Assembly (NCBI RefSeq): GCF_036321535.1
Contig: NC_087436.1
Location: forward strand, 55,492,001-55,556,000
DNA length: 64,000 nucleotides
From: Camelus dromedarius
Taxonomy: Eukaryota
Direction: 5' to 3'
Part shown: one piece after another, positions 38,501 through 52,260 of the stretch
How positions within the stretch are numbered: the stretch's first letter is position 1
Layout of the letters: every line of letters starts with the position of its first letter
The notes under the pieces: model-generated
Told to the model about the DNA's origin: nothing
The model's input: only the letters and a program-made list of their open reading frames with translations
The model's database searches: none
Program-made: the position numbers and the translations under genes

Positions 38501-39229
38501 TTTTCTTCTTCTTGTACAATAGCTGAATTAGCCATTTTTCAGTAAGACTCTGAAATACTCCCTCAAAATAGTAATTAAAATATAGGAAAGGGAGGTCAGC
38601 ATCTGTGGACAATGCCTAAGACGTTAAAGGCTGGATACAAACCCAGGGAAACAGAGATTTCTTTTAAGGCCAGAAAGTCAGAGACAGCCGTAGAAGAGAC
38701 TGTGATGAAGGAGATGCTATTCCTGGGCTTATCAATTTAGAATCAAACTAAAGAAATGGGGCTCAAGTGAGGCTGAGGATTTAAGTTAGTACATTAGTAA
38801 CCAACAGATTTATATAAAATCAACAAAATCGGCAAAATCTGGATTTTCTTCCAGAAAGTTAAAAAGCGACACCTAAGTCCTAGGAAAGAGATACAAGGGA
38901 AGTGTTTGCCTCTCTTTTTTGTTTTCTTACATGCGATGCCTGATTGGATATTTAAAATCAGATCACAGATTTTACCAAAGTACACACTATTAATACTTTG
39001 TTTACTGTTGTAATCTATCTGCTCTCAAAAAAAGATACAGATTTTGGTGCAACCTTTAATTCCTATGCAATCACAAGATATTTAGCTTCTTAGGGTTGTG
39101 TGTCTCATTTGTATGTGCATGAAAGTACATCATATCCATATATGTGCATATAAATATGTATTCATTAACATATTCATTAACCACATATATGTATATAATT
39201 CATTCTAATGATTTACAAAGGTAAATATA

Positions 39230-41140
39230 AAATATGTTCATATCATTTAAATGCCAAAGTAAATAATAGGAAATTTAAAAATCATGAGCCTCTGCCTTCC
39301 TCAGCTTTACCCCTTCCTTACCCCCCAGACTTACCCACCATTGTCAGTTTAGTACAAATCGGTTCCTGTTATCGTCCTCTTCCAATACATAATTCCACAT
39401 GTATTGGTTTTTTATTAAATTTTTAACAATATGGGATTATATCAAACATAACATTCTGTGTCTTTTTCACTTGACTGTTGTAGCCATATGTACTGTATTT
39501 TATGTTCTTAGCTTCCCAGTATTCCATAGTTTAAAGGAACCAATTTAACCATTCCTCCTTGGGTGGAAGTGCAGATTTTGCCCAATTTTTGCTTCCATAA
39601 ATGATGATGCAATGAATATCTCTGAAATTTATGTTGACATAATACTGTTATTTTCACTTAATAATATTAATATTTAATAAATTTTGACTTAATATCTGAA
39701 ATATTCCCCACGGTGGGATTGCTGAAGCAGCATAAGAGCTTTTAAAATTTGAAAAAATACTGTAGACAATGTTCCACAGTCACACCAGCAGCATGGAGAG
39801 GACTCATTTCCCCACCCCTTCCTGGGCACTGATAGGAATAACATGGTTGTTTTATTCCTTACCCTGACTGACTGCTAGTGAGCAGGGCCAGCTACATGAT
39901 CTGTAGGGCCTGGGACAAAATGTAAGTGCAGGGTCCTGGCCGAGATCTGGGAAGACAGCCTCCCCTTGTCACGGCCCAGCCCTGCCCCCACTGATTATGG
40001 GTGACTAACAAGGGATTGAAGACTTCACAACTGGGCACACTCAGTACCTGGTTTTAGGTGGGCAAGAAAGACAAGCCAAGTAATTCGCTAAAGCAGCAGT
40101 GAGGCTGGCAGCCAATACTGGGCCACCTCTGCCTTGACCTGCCCCGGGGGACCACCTGGAGCAAGTGCAGGACCTGCCGTCTTCCACCCCCTGCTTAGAC
40201 CCCTTGTCTCCAAGGGCAACAGAAAACTAAGGGCCTTCCCCAGCCACACAAGCTGATCTCTGTCCCCAGCAGGGAGGTGGAGGAGGAACTCATCTCAGGG
40301 AAGTGACAGGGGGCAGGAAGGTGGGAAGAGGCTGGACCTCCAGAAGCCAGGCACATGCTCTAAATGTCCTCTCAGAGATCACTTACAAAACCTCAATTCA
40401 AAAATGAAATTATTAGGAATTTCAAGATGATAGGCACAGAACATCTGACCCCAAGCAAGGAGGTCACCCTCCTCAGGGTGGGAACCTGGGTGTCTGGTCA
40501 TTTGCGGGAGAAACAGAACCTAAGAGTGAATGTCTATTCACAAGTTTATTGGGCTTTTGTATTTCTCTTTCTCTAAAATTTTTGAGTATATCCCTTGCCC
40601 ACTATGGTGTTGGTTTATGTCTGTTTGCTTATTTATGTTTTCCTTAGATGTTTTAGAATCATTTTGTTTAAAAAAGAAAAGAACATATTTTCTGCTCAAT
40701 ATGTTGTCAGTATTTTCTCCTAAACCATTTTTGCCTTCTTACTGACTTCACCATTTTTGTACAGTAATGTAGTTCAATTTCCTTTTCTTCGTGGACTCTG
40801 GGAATAAGATCATATCCACTCCCAAATACCCTGATATTTCCACCCAATCCTTTTTATTTAATTTACTTGATTATTTAATTATTTTTACATTTTGAGCTCC
40901 CATGGAAATAGACTTACATGTATGATGAGATGTTTGGCTCTAATTTTATATTCTTCCAAATAGTTAGTCAGTTGCCAGACACCATTATTAAACAGTTCAG
41001 CTTTTTTTTTTTACTGGCAGATAATTCCATCACTATCACAAATAAAAGGCCCATTTAAAATTGAATAAGTTTTGGTTCTTTCTATTCTATTCTACCACTG
41101 TGTCATGATAAATATCTGATTATAATGGTGAATGTTAGCT
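39230..41140 (-). mobile_element. Ancient L1ME-like fragments interrupted by MER45
   Basis: tattccatagttt...aatttaaccattc...gatgcaatgaatatct...gggattgctg...caccagcagcatggagag, then taattttatattcttccaaatagttag...caccattattaaa on the far side. Confidence 0.65.
39882..40500 (-). mobile_element. hAT-Tip100 MER45-family element (MER45B/C-like)
   Basis: Left end cagggccagctacatgatctgtagggcc...caaaatgtaagtgcagggtcc; right part ttcaaaaatgaaattattaggaatttcaagatg...cagaacat; GC-rich interior. Confidence 0.8.
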
Positions 41141-41264
41141 ATCTGGTGTATCTGTTAATTTAAAGGTTAGGAATAGGTGGTCACCTCTGTTCATAACAGA
41201 CAGCTTAGCTGCTGTAAGTATGTGGAGGTACTTAACCATACATTTGTTGTGCGCTTAGGTAATG

Positions 41265-41462
41265 AAGTTTGGTGTAATGGATAGCATAAAGAATTGTGAA
41301 TCAAATCTTGTATTGAAATCCTATTCATAGGAGTACTAGTCAACAGGTAAATTGCCTGTACTTTTTATGCCTTATTATTTTCATCTTTAAAACAGGGATA
41401 ATAAAGCCTTTCTCACAAAACAAACTTTTTGCAACATTATAAACACTCAATAAATATTAATG
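41265..41462 (+). mobile_element. MIR fragment
   Basis: ggtgtaatggatag...ttttcatctttaaaacagggataata...cactcaataaatatt. Confidence 0.65.
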
Positions 41463-42235
41463 TCCTCTCACCAGAGCATTTCACTTTAATTTACATTCTA
41501 GTTTCTCTTTGACCGTATCTTTCTTTTAACACATTTTAACTTTCAAATAGGTATCGTTTCTCTAGCAATCAGTAAATTGCAGGAAATTTCTAATTCAACT
41601 GAAAGTACTGCTTTTCAATAGAGAACTGTGCCTTATTTACAGTTATTCTAATAATATATACATTTGAGCTTATTTCTCCTATCCTACTTGACTTTTGTTA
41701 TTCAATATTCTTCCTGTTGTCTTCACTATTCCTTTTGTTTATTTGGTTGAACAATTTGTTTCCCTCCAGTCAGTAATTTCAAGTTCCTGTGTATGTACAT
41801 ATATGTTTCCCTCAGTGTTTGTCTTCATCATTAAATGGTTACTCTTAAGCATAGATTTCTTCATTTACCAAAACCAAACAATTTGTAAGTGCTTACTTCC
41901 ACTTACACAAAATATTTTACACATTTACCTCCTGATTTTTCCAACCCATACAAGTTCTTAAGTTTTATTAAATAAACTGAATTTTAAGTCCCAGTTATTT
42001 TTCTCTTACAGGATCCTTCTTATACCAACAGTATTGTTCTCACGTTGTTTTATTATCATCAATTTGGATTCAATATGTATTCTACTGAGTTCATTTTTAT
42101 CAGTGCTTCTCTAATTAATTTGCCTCCTATTTTTAGATGTTCTGATATAATTTTCATTCAAATGTAGGATGTTCTTGAATTATTTTCTCAGAATGTGTGT
42201 ATCTCTTAAAATTGTCTCAGAAAGTGTATATACTC

Positions 42236-42237
<2 letters not shown>

Positions 42238-42282
<45 letters not shown>
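42238..42282. repeat. (TG)22 microsatellite
   Basis: Perfect TG run. Confidence 0.97.
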
Positions 42283-42286
<4 letters not shown>

Positions 42287-43349
42287 AGCTTGCTAGCTTT
42301 TCTCTCTTCTTTTCTTTCTTTGTTTTTGATTTTCTTCTTTCTTCTTCTTCTTTTTTTCTTTTTTTGGAAAATAAAGAGTTCTTGGTTCAGAGTGTCGTAC
42401 TGTCTTCCAGATCTCATTGGTACAAATGAGATGAGGGACACAAAATTGACTCACTTTCCTTTGCTTTCATGAAGTTTATATGCTTTTCCAGCTTAAGCTT
42501 GGAGCTGAGGAAATCTCACCAGGCCAGGTCTGGGTATGCACCTTCTTTTCAGTAATCACACTTGGTAGGTATGACTTAGAAACTCAGCTCTTTCAGCCTA
42601 TGTGAGTGCTTTATTCATGGTTCATGTGTTTATCTAATGGCTTTTTCATTGCATCCCAGATGCCTACTGTGTAATGAATTCCCTGCATTTGTTCTCCATT
42701 TCTCTTGTTGCACTCACTCTTGGTTTCCAGTTCTTTATAGGGTTACTTGTGTTGTGGGGAACTTTGTCATTTGATTTCCAAACCATTAATCAGTTTTCAG
42801 CATTCTTTTTTCCATTTTTTTCTATTGGATATCTTAAATTCAAGAATCACATTTAAAATGAATTGTTAAATTCTTATTCTTAGATTGTTATCCTGTAATA
42901 TGGCCATCTCCTTAAAATTTCATTCTGTAAAATATATAATATAAAAAAAAAAGTTTACTGAATAAGATGAAGAAAATAATTTAGCTTCTGAAAGCACATT
43001 TCTGAAATTAAATCTTAGTTTTGCCAATCACTAACTTTTTACTTTTTATCCTTGGACAAATTCTTCACCTTTTAAGTTCAACTTTAAGAAATTATTGTGT
43101 CAATGAAAGACTCTGGGAAGCAGAGCCTGGCTCACAAGAGATGCTTATTAAACTGCGTTACTTGCATTAAGGACACTGAAAATTCCATGAGAAAATGTGT
43201 TTTACATAAAAGTCCTGTAGCTAAGAACAGTCTTGTATATTGAATATCATTCATAATTATCAAGCACAATGTCTTAACTTGATAAAAAAATTTGAATGCA
43301 TCCATTTCAGACACTATGTATGTATGATCTTAAAGAACCACGTATGAGT

Positions 43350-43657
43350 TTATGAAAACTCTTTTTTTGGTAACTGAAGTATAGTGATTTACAGTATTAG
43401 CTTCAGGTGTGCAGCATAATGATTCAGTATTTTTACAGGTTATATTCCATTAAAAGTTACAAGATAATGACTGTAATTCCCTGTGCTGTACATTGTATCC
43501 TGTTGCTTTCCTACTTTATACACGCTAATTTATATCTCTGAATCTCAAACCCTCAACGTGCCTCTCTTTCCTTCCCTCTCCCCACTGGTCACCGCTAGTT
43601 TCTCCTCTGTATCTGTGAGTCTGTTTCTGTTTTGCTGTGAATATTATGAAAACTCTT
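43350..43657 (-). mobile_element. Short 5'-truncated L1 3' end with 14-bp TSD
   Basis: tgaagtatagtgatttacag...caggtgtgcagcataatgattcag...ccctgtgctgtaca. TSD ttatgaaaactctt at 43350-43363 and 43644-43657. Confidence 0.92.
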
Positions 43658-44085
43658 ATCATCACTATTTTTTGTATTTAGGCATTCTAGTTTATTATAT
43701 TAGCCATCCAGTATGTAATAAAGAAGAAATAAAGAACAAGGTAGTTAAAACCTTCTCTTGAAACATTTTCTTTAAAGTTTTATCATTCTTCATTATAACT
43801 TTAGGATGAAAAGAATATCAACTTTACTTATTTTTACTATTCATTTGTAACATCGGTCATATTTCTGGTCATTTTGAAGAAGTAAAGGAGGCTGGACACA
43901 GTGAGAATCCTTGAGACCCGGTTATAGTCCTGGCACCAGCTACACACAGCAGTTTCTTGATTGTCTGCCGCTCCTTGTAACATTTCCGCAATTGGAATCC
44001 ACTTAGAGGAGATGTGGGAGACTAATATCAACTTACCTTGTCGCGTTTCCAATCCTCTGAAAAGCTGATAGTAAGGAGTGGGGAG

Positions 44086-44460
44086 TGTTGTGGGACACCA
44101 TGCAGCGGGCTGGTGACACGGCTTGGTAAAAGAATTTACCAAAGGCAAGTGATGAGAATAGGAAAGGAGTTTATTAGATTACGCTGCCATGGATGACAGC
44201 GGCCACACAGACGAGCACCAGGGAGAACCTGCAGGTCTTTTACTGGGGGGAGGGGCTGTGCACACAAGGATTAGGGGGGCTGCACTATCCACTGATCAAT
44301 TCATGCACAGGTTCTGATTGGTTGTAAGATCTGCCAGGGACTATTCTGAAAATAGGATTTACAACTCTGACAACGGCAGGATGTGAGGTCTATCAGCCTA
44401 GGGTATTGTGAGACAGGCTATCTCCTGGGGCGATGGGTTTTGTTAGGTAAATACACATCA
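44086..44460 (-). mobile_element. ERV1-type solo LTR
   Basis: TG...CA termini and 4-bp flanks ggag/agag (1 mismatch). On the minus strand: CCAAT (44317-44321), TATA-like gtaaaaga (44236-44243) and AATAAA (44170-44175). Confidence 0.8.
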
Positions 44461-47369
44461 AGAGATGTTTTGTTTTGTTTTGTTTTAAATCCTGCAGAAA
44501 TGCAGGTATGTGGAGCGGTCCTGCCTGGGGCAGTAGGGGTTAAGCTGTCAGTGGCTCTAGGCACACAGAGCCCAGGAGTGGGGGTTTCATGACTCTGCAG
44601 AGTACCAGCCGGCTCCACAGTGAGCATCACAATTGCTGTACCTGCGGTACTTTTACAGCCTGGCAATCACAAGTAAATGACCTCTTCAGTTATACCCTGA
44701 ATATTGTTTGTGTTTGCTTCGTTATCTAAAAAAATGTAGATGAGAAAATATCTTGCCCTTTCTACCCAACAGATATATTTCAAAGCAAACCACACATTTC
44801 AAAAGTACTCTATACCTATAAAAGGTACTTATTTGTTAAAATCATCATACGCTGTGACCGCCACCAGCAACACCAAAGATGCTGCAACTATGCAACTGCC
44901 CGAGTGCTTGCCCTTCACAGAACAACAGGAGAGCAGCTTCTCCCTTTCTCTCTGTGCCGGGCATTCCTGAAGCGTGGCTCTGCTTGCCCAGGAGTTGCCC
45001 AGGGCACAAAACAGGGCAAGATTAGACTACACTGAGTTAGAGAAAAGAGATGCTCCAAACAAATATAACTAAAAATGTTGTGGTAGGTTGTAATGACAAA
45101 ACAGGAGTTTTGAGATGGAGAAAAATGTTTTGTTATGTGCAGTGGGATAAAATGCATGCCCCATGGGGAAGACTTAAATAGAACATGTACTATTATAAAA
45201 TAACAGTATTTCCTGATTTTTTTCTTTACTTTGACTGGAAGAGATTAATGACTCAGCTGTCAGTTCAGCTTATGATTTTAAAGTTGAAATGAGGCTAAAG
45301 TCCATGCTTAGCATTGTGAAATGTTTTCCCAGTAAAGCTACAGCTACGAGAGATACCGTCATGGATTCCCCCACGTACTCTAATATTTTTGGTTCACCAC
45401 TGACAAATTGTGCAACCAGAAAGGAGCTCAGGGTTTATTTTTCATTGTTACCCAACAATCTCTAATTCTTAAACACATAAATGAACAGCTAGAACCAGGA
45501 TTAAGAATACCTACTCTAGAAAAAAGAGCCTACATTTCTATAGTCTTCAGTATGTAAAGGGATGGAAGTGTTACTCCGTCACTTTGTACTCAATCATGTA
45601 AAACCAACACATTTTAAACAATGATTACATTAGCACAAGAAGGAGAAAATACACTTTATAATATAGATTTAGTGGCAGGAGGCTGGGCTGAGCATTGCTT
45701 TGGGGACAGAGTAGGAGAAGAGAAACCCCAATCAGAGTAGCCACTTTAGGGGACAAAGGCGAGGGCAGAAATGACTAAGAAATTTTGTTCTCACTGTCTG
45801 GCAGGGTGTAGAGTTCATTGGTACTTTTTTTAAAGATTTTCCATTGGTAACTTTTATATATACAGTCCCATTATGGTGAAATGTGACTTCAGAGAAAATT
45901 TTTATCAAGATCGAGAAATTTTGTAAAGAAAAACACTGTCCATTACTAGTTCTTAAATTATCTGATTTTTCCCCACTTAGTATATGTCTGCAAATCTCCA
46001 TTTTATCTTTTCTTGTTTTAGATGGTGAATACCATTTTTTGTGCTGTATATAACCTGACAAATATTTGCCATAAAATAATCTGGTTGTTTGCAGAAGAAG
46101 TTACACTAATTTTTCACTTACATTCCTGATATAATGTTATTTTTCTTCAACTGTTATCACAGATATTTCTATCTATATCTATAAAAACACTTCTGTATTG
46201 ATTCTTATTTTATTTCTTCTTGATACATATCAACACGTTTCTTGCACCAATACTAGATACATATTTCTCTCCTCCTTAGGCATTTTGTTGGAGAGTGCCT
46301 AAATTACAATTTCCGTGGACCATAAATCTTCCCGATTATGTGTTCAAGATTGGAAAGCCTCGCTGAGTAATAATAAAGAGATCTGATCTCAAGCGCATCT
46401 TGTATAAGATACTACATCATTGATCCTTTTTTCTCTCTCCATCTTCTGAAGAAAGCACCATCAGAAAGCATTTAAGCTCTCCAGGGCTTCCTTCCCATTT
46501 ACTTAACTTATGATAAAAGAAAGCATATTTAATGCTTCTTACAAAATCCCACCTCCCACCCCAGGTCCTTGTACTAAACACTGACATTTCTATCAGTGCT
46601 GGTTGTGGAACCTCTAGGCAGGCTGTTTACTGACAGTACCTAAAGAAAAAAAGTTTAATGGTTTTCTGTGAATAAAAGAAGGAAGAGAAGGATGAGGATG
46701 TAATAGTACAGAATTGAGAGAAGCAAGCATAGAATTAGGACAGTACATGGGCACTAAGAAGTTTTACAAAGAAGAAAGAAAATTTGTCAACCAATGAGTT
46801 CTCCAGAGTCAGGAACAATGTCTCATTCCTCCAGCATACTGCCTTGACAAATTTCTGAACAAATAAAATGAATTTAACATGAACAAATTTTGTAAGAAAA
46901 AAAGGGAAGATGTTGATGCTCTTAACTAAATTTGGGATCCCTCCATGTGTACACAGGCTATGTAAATAACATAGGACTTGCAGCCAGTTGGCCTCATATA
47001 TTTTAAAAGGGGGAGTTTCACACAATAATTACAGAAAAGATTCCATATCTCTACCCATCAACACGGTTCTTACACCAGTACTAGAAATTCTGCTTTATTT
47101 TCTGGCTTAAGACTGATTTTTGTTGAAAATAGAAAATTGTCTCCCTTCCTCCCTCTCTCCATCCTACATGCATATAGGAAGAAAAGGAGTATTTGAATAC
47201 AGTGACATAAGCAATAGAGATATTTTTCTTAAATCAGATTCTCAGAGAATAATAAGGTATACAATGATTCATCTCTTGGAACAGCCAAATGCACACTTTT
47301 TTTCTCACTCCTGTATCAGGATAGTCCCACTGCTCATTTTCTCCCAGCCAGTTCATTCATCCTATCGTT

Positions 47370-47500
47370 ATGTACATTCAAATTTATTGTTTCCTACTTC
47401 ATTACCTTCCCCATTAGAATATGAGCTCTTGAGCATAGGGTCAAGCTGGCATTCTGAGCCACGGAGTAGTTGCTCAATAAAATGGTTGAATGCATGAATT
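47370..47500 (+). mobile_element. L2 3' end
   Basis: cccattagaatatgagctcttgag...gtagttgctcaataaaatggttgaatgcatgaat. Confidence 0.75.
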
Positions 47501-48776
47501 ACTTCTAATGTTAGCAAATTATGAATCATTCAGTACTGCAGTTTATAAACTACTGTTTATGAACATATTTGTTCACTTCATGAGACTGAACTTCATATTA
47601 TAAAGGTCAAGTTGGATTTCCATTATACTGACATGGTTAATTGCAGAGCAATACTGCTTGAGCCTTTCAGGTGATTTTTGGAGTTAGATACACTATTCCT
47701 CTCTTGCTTTATTCAGAAGTTTGCATGTGATAAGCATTCTGTTTATTATGTGAGATCATTAGCTCCCATGTTAGAGGTTTTTGTTTGTTGAAATTTTCTA
47801 CCTTGCGGAGCACCTAGTATTTTACTGGCTTCAACACAGTAGAAAATCTTGATAGTTTCTTCATGATGTTTCTCTAATTTCCTCACTCCTGATGGCGCCA
47901 GTGTGTCTCCTGGTGCCAGCATTTAGATCAGAACAATTGTGATGGCATTTTAACTGGACTCAATAGATCTAGATTATTTTCCCTTTATTCATCTGTTTTT
48001 AGATTCTGATCAACAAATCCTAATAGATCCTTGCTATCTAAAATATAAAGCTAATTTTAATTGAGCTGGCATTTACCATCTGCCATTAGTGTCTCAGAAC
48101 CTTTTGCTGGCATCAGAATCTCAATGGATCATTGCACCTCTGTGTCTTTGCTAATTCTGCTGTGCCTACCTAGAACTTACTATAATCATTCTTCCAAATG
48201 ATGAAATTCTAACATAAAAAGTTTCCTCCATGTCAAATAAAAGACTCTTCTGTTTAGGGTTAGGATATACAAAGATGATGGTAGAAATATTTTTCTAGGA
48301 GTAACTAAAGAGAACATATAAGATCTTTTAAAAAGTATGAGAAGATTTCTGTGTGAGGATGGGGTGCTAACTGGACAAAGGGAGTGCTGAAAAGAGACTA
48401 GGAGTGGGAAGAGCAGAGAGGACGCAGTGAGGTGGCGTGACACCGGGGACTGGGTGGGAGGAAAGTGTAGTGAGGGCTTCCCAGTAGCGCAATATTTGTT
48501 CCCTAACCCACTTCCTCTTCCATAAGTTGAATAGTCTATAAAATCTACTAAATTAACATTTTTTTCTGTCTATATATGCTTTTTACCTGCCAGCTGAGGA
48601 AGAGGTTGAGTTTTACATCTAAGTCATTGCAGAGATCAAAAGGCATGCTCTTAGCAAGATGCGGGAAAGTACAGTGGAGGTTTTCCATCCCCAAGGGCTC
48701 TCGGGACGATTTTAGACTCCTTAGGACTAGGAAATAGTCCTGGTATCTGAGATAAGCATAGTGAAGGTAGAATTAC

Positions 48777-48778
<2 letters not shown>

Positions 48779-48817
<39 letters not shown>
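48779..48817. repeat. (CT)n microsatellite
   Basis: Perfect CT run of about 19 units followed by degenerate CT-rich sequence. Confidence 0.97.
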
Positions 48818-48820
<3 letters not shown>

Positions 48821-49659
48821 CTTGCTCTCGCTCTTTCTCTTTGTTCCTCATTCTCTCTCTCATTTTACTGAAGCCTTTCTTGACCACACAGTAGGAGTGA
48901 TGCCTCAACCTTTATAACACATACGGAGTAGAACATCAGTATTCTTTCAGCATTTGCCATACACTGCCTTGTTTATGATAGTTGAGTGTATGTATATTAA
49001 CAGTGAACTATCTTTTTTTAACTTAATTATGAGATGATATTAGTAAAGAACCATATTTTTATATCTTTGGATCTGTTAAAGTTCCTAGAGTTTCAATAAA
49101 AACTTCATTAATACTTGGTTGATTGATCTGTTGATAGTAAAGCATACTCAAAAGAAAAACCTTAGTAAAAATTTAGAGATGGGAAAGGGAGGGACGACCC
49201 TACTTCTCCAAAGTAATCTCTTCCCAGAGCCCAGAGAGGTTAATCTCTTGACTTCCATAGGCATCTCATTGGCTGACTGGTGATGGCTTCATTTTTCCCA
49301 TATGACGGTTTTAAATTATACTGAAGAACTTTTGGTTAACTAATTAAAAGACCTATGAAGCTGTGTTTCTTTTTTGTTTTCTGTTATAATACAAATAATT
49401 AATACCCCAGTTTATTGGAAAGAAGAATAGAATAAACAAGTTGAAAATTTCTCTTTGTTTAGATTCAATTATCTTTTAGGCATTCAATCCAAATGAAAAC
49501 TAGCCCTAGGTCAGGTCAGATGTTATGGAAAATGCACTGACAAATAATTGCATTTCCTATAGTTTTTCATTTGAAATTTTATATAACTAGGTAAAACAGA
49601 ATTTTTCTTCTTGTCAGTAAATGTGAAATGCTGGGGATTTTATCCTGACTTTTCCTCCA

Positions 49660-49858
49660 ACTTCTACATGCCGTGGATAAGTCTCTTCTCTCTGTTTCTG
49701 TTTCTTCATCTATGAAATGATGATAATAATGGCTGCTACATCACAGAGTTTTTGAGCTGCATAAAGTTAATAATAAAAATGTGAAAGGTTCATAGAATAG
49801 TGACTGCCACTTACTAAATGCTGTATAAATGTTTTCTAATACTATTATCATTATTATA
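49660..49858 (+). mobile_element. MIR fragment
   Basis: tctctgtttctgtttcttcatctatgaaatg...ataataatgg...catcacagag...tgtgaaagg...tagaatagtg. Confidence 0.75.
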
Positions 49859-50509
49859 TTAAGTTGCAATTTTAAGCAAAAAATGACATCAGCATTCATA
49901 AAATGTCACAAAAGGCCTCATGGCTATTAGATTGTGTTAAGCATGATGATTTTAAGGACTAACAGTACAAACAGGAAAGTTTTTATTCTAATTAAGATTG
50001 TCAGAAGAACATTTCAACTTATAAAAGTGAAATATATATTTTATCACTAAGTATTATCATTTGGGAGAAATCAAGAATTCAGGGCTCTATGAAAAAGTAC
50101 CTTAAAGAAGATCTCACCCCAGTGATTTGTGATTTCCTTCCTTTATTTGAAATGTGACATAATACTCTTTTTGGATGGAAGGAGGAGCTTTTTCAGACAT
50201 TCCTGGAGCAATACATGACACTATTATGTTTAGACCTATCTTCTGAATTTAATTATAAAATGATATTTAAGAACCTTGTGACTGGAAAGTTATGTCCATT
50301 GTAATGTTCTTATCCTTTTTATATTATTTTCTTATCAGTACAGACAAAATCCTTCACAAGCTAGTTTTACAGATACTTAGAAACCCCGATTTCTGTTCAC
50401 GTCTTCTACACAGCCTGCTTACAGCCAGTTTTCTTTTCTCTCCATTCCTAAGACACAACAATTCTTGCACAATTGCAAAATGGTTCACACTTCTGTGTAT
50501 GATTTAATT

Positions 50510-50990
50510 CGTTTAGAATAGCTTCCTTTACCCTTACTTGGGCAACTCCTACTAACTCCTTGAAGCCCTACTCAAAAATCACATCCTCTGATGCCTTTGT
50601 GAACCTCTTTGGGTAAAGATAATTGCTCTGCTCGGTTTTCAGCTTAGCCGCTCCCTCTGGTACGCGCTTGCCTGGGTGCCTTGTGGCACAGCGACACGTC
50701 TGTGCCATTCTCTCGCATTCCCACATGCCTGGTGATGGTGCAGAAGAGTGTGTCCCAGGATCAGAGCTCCTGGCTCTGGTCAGTCCCACAGACGAGATCT
50801 CTTTCCTCAAGGATCTTCATGTGGCTGACTTCCGCTTCTCATCCAGGTTTCTGCTCAAACGTCACTTCAAAAAAGAGTAATTTCCTGACAACACAACTAA
50901 ATTTTACTCCCCAGGCTTTTCATCCCAGACATTCCCCAGTCCTTCTATATCCCCCTGCACTTTTATTTCTTTCATAGCATCTTATTCCTT
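50510..50990 (+). mobile_element. L2 fragments (two adjacent pieces)
   Basis: ggcaactcctact...ctcaaaaatcacatcctctg and ttcatgtggctgacttcc...ctgctcaaacgtcacttc...ttttatttctttcatagca. Confidence 0.65.
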
Positions 50991-51029
50991 TTTTTTAATC
51001 TTCTTCACAGGGAGAAGGTAGTATTAAAT

Positions 51030-52260
51030 ACAGAAAAGGAATACATTTCTAGGAGTAGAATTGATAGATCAGAGTATACTATTAAGACCTTTGATACATT
51101 TTGCCAAGTTCCCATCCAGAGACACTTTATTGTTATTGCTCTCATTATGTAGCATGTATAATTTTAATGCGGATGTATAATTACATCATTTATTATAACT
51201 TTCACTTGTGTTCCACAATATACCAATCACTGTGGTAAGTGCTTTAATACATTAAGTGTATCTTTACATGTATTAAGTCTAACTATTTGCACTTCCACTG
51301 GCAGTATAAAAGAGGGCTAATTTTAACATACTATTGTCATTTTTTTTTAAATTGATCATTAAGATTATATTTTACTTTCTGGATTTGAATTTCTTTAATG
51401 GCAAATATGGTAGCATATGTCATATTTTACTGGTCGTCTGTATTGCTTTTTTTTTTGGTAAATTCAGTGTATTAGTGTGCTGGGCTGACATAACAAAATA
51501 CCTCAAACTGGGTGGTGTAAGCTAAATAAATGTATTGTCTCACACTTTTAGAGGCTAAATGTGGAAAATCAGCGTGTCGGTGGGGTCACACTCCCTTTAA
51601 AGATGCTAAGGAAGGATTGACTCCGAGTCCCCCCTGTAGCTTCTGGGAGTTCTAGGTCTGCAGCAGCATGACTCCAGTCCGCACGTGGTGCCCGTTTGTG
51701 TCTTCGCGTTATCTTTTCTCTGCACATGGGTCTCTGTGTCCACACTTCCCCTTTTAATAAGGACATTAGCTCTGTTGGATTAGATCCCACTCCAGCGATT
51801 TCATCTTAACTTGATCATCTACAAAAGCCCTATTTTCAAATAAGAACACGTTCTGAGGTACTGAGCATAAGGACTTCAACACACACATTTTGGAAGGACA
51901 CAGTTCAACCTGTAACATCCACTTCATGATCTTTGCTAATTTTTCTCTTGGTATACTCATATATTTTCATGATTTTTTTAAAAAATAGAACTATAAGCCT
52001 GAAGCACATGTCTGACAATTCTATTTCTGGCTAGTGTTTATCTTTTGATTTTGTTTATGGGTTATGGACATAAGAAAGTTCATATTTGTATATCAGGAAC
52101 TGATTATTTCCTTAGCAATCATCTTTAGATGTATCCTTGCCATGGTAAAGGACCATTAGTTCAATTACTTAAAATTTCAACTTCTCATTTAATTTTTCGT
52201 GTAGGCTTTAAGTGTTAGCCCTCTGGAATTACCTTTGTGCAAATTATTCTTCACTCTGCC
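51030..52260 (-). mobile_element. Ancient L1ME-like fragments hosting the MLT1 LTR
   Basis: ttctaggagtagaattgatagatcagag...tttgatacattttgccaa...cacttccactggcagtata on either side of the LTR. Confidence 0.55.
51468..51917 (-). mobile_element. MaLR solo LTR (MLT1C-like), near full length
   Basis: tgtattagt...gctgacataacaaaatacctcaaactgggtgg...ataaggacattag...ttctgaggtactg...aggacttcaaca...gacacagttcaacctgtaaca; TG...CA termini, ~450 bp. Confidence 0.92.

Noticed and set aside
42197..42472. ORFs with VC/HT repeats and poly-K/F runs (also 48651-48908, ER repeats)
   Set aside because: Translations of (TG)n, (CT)n and T-rich simple repeats.
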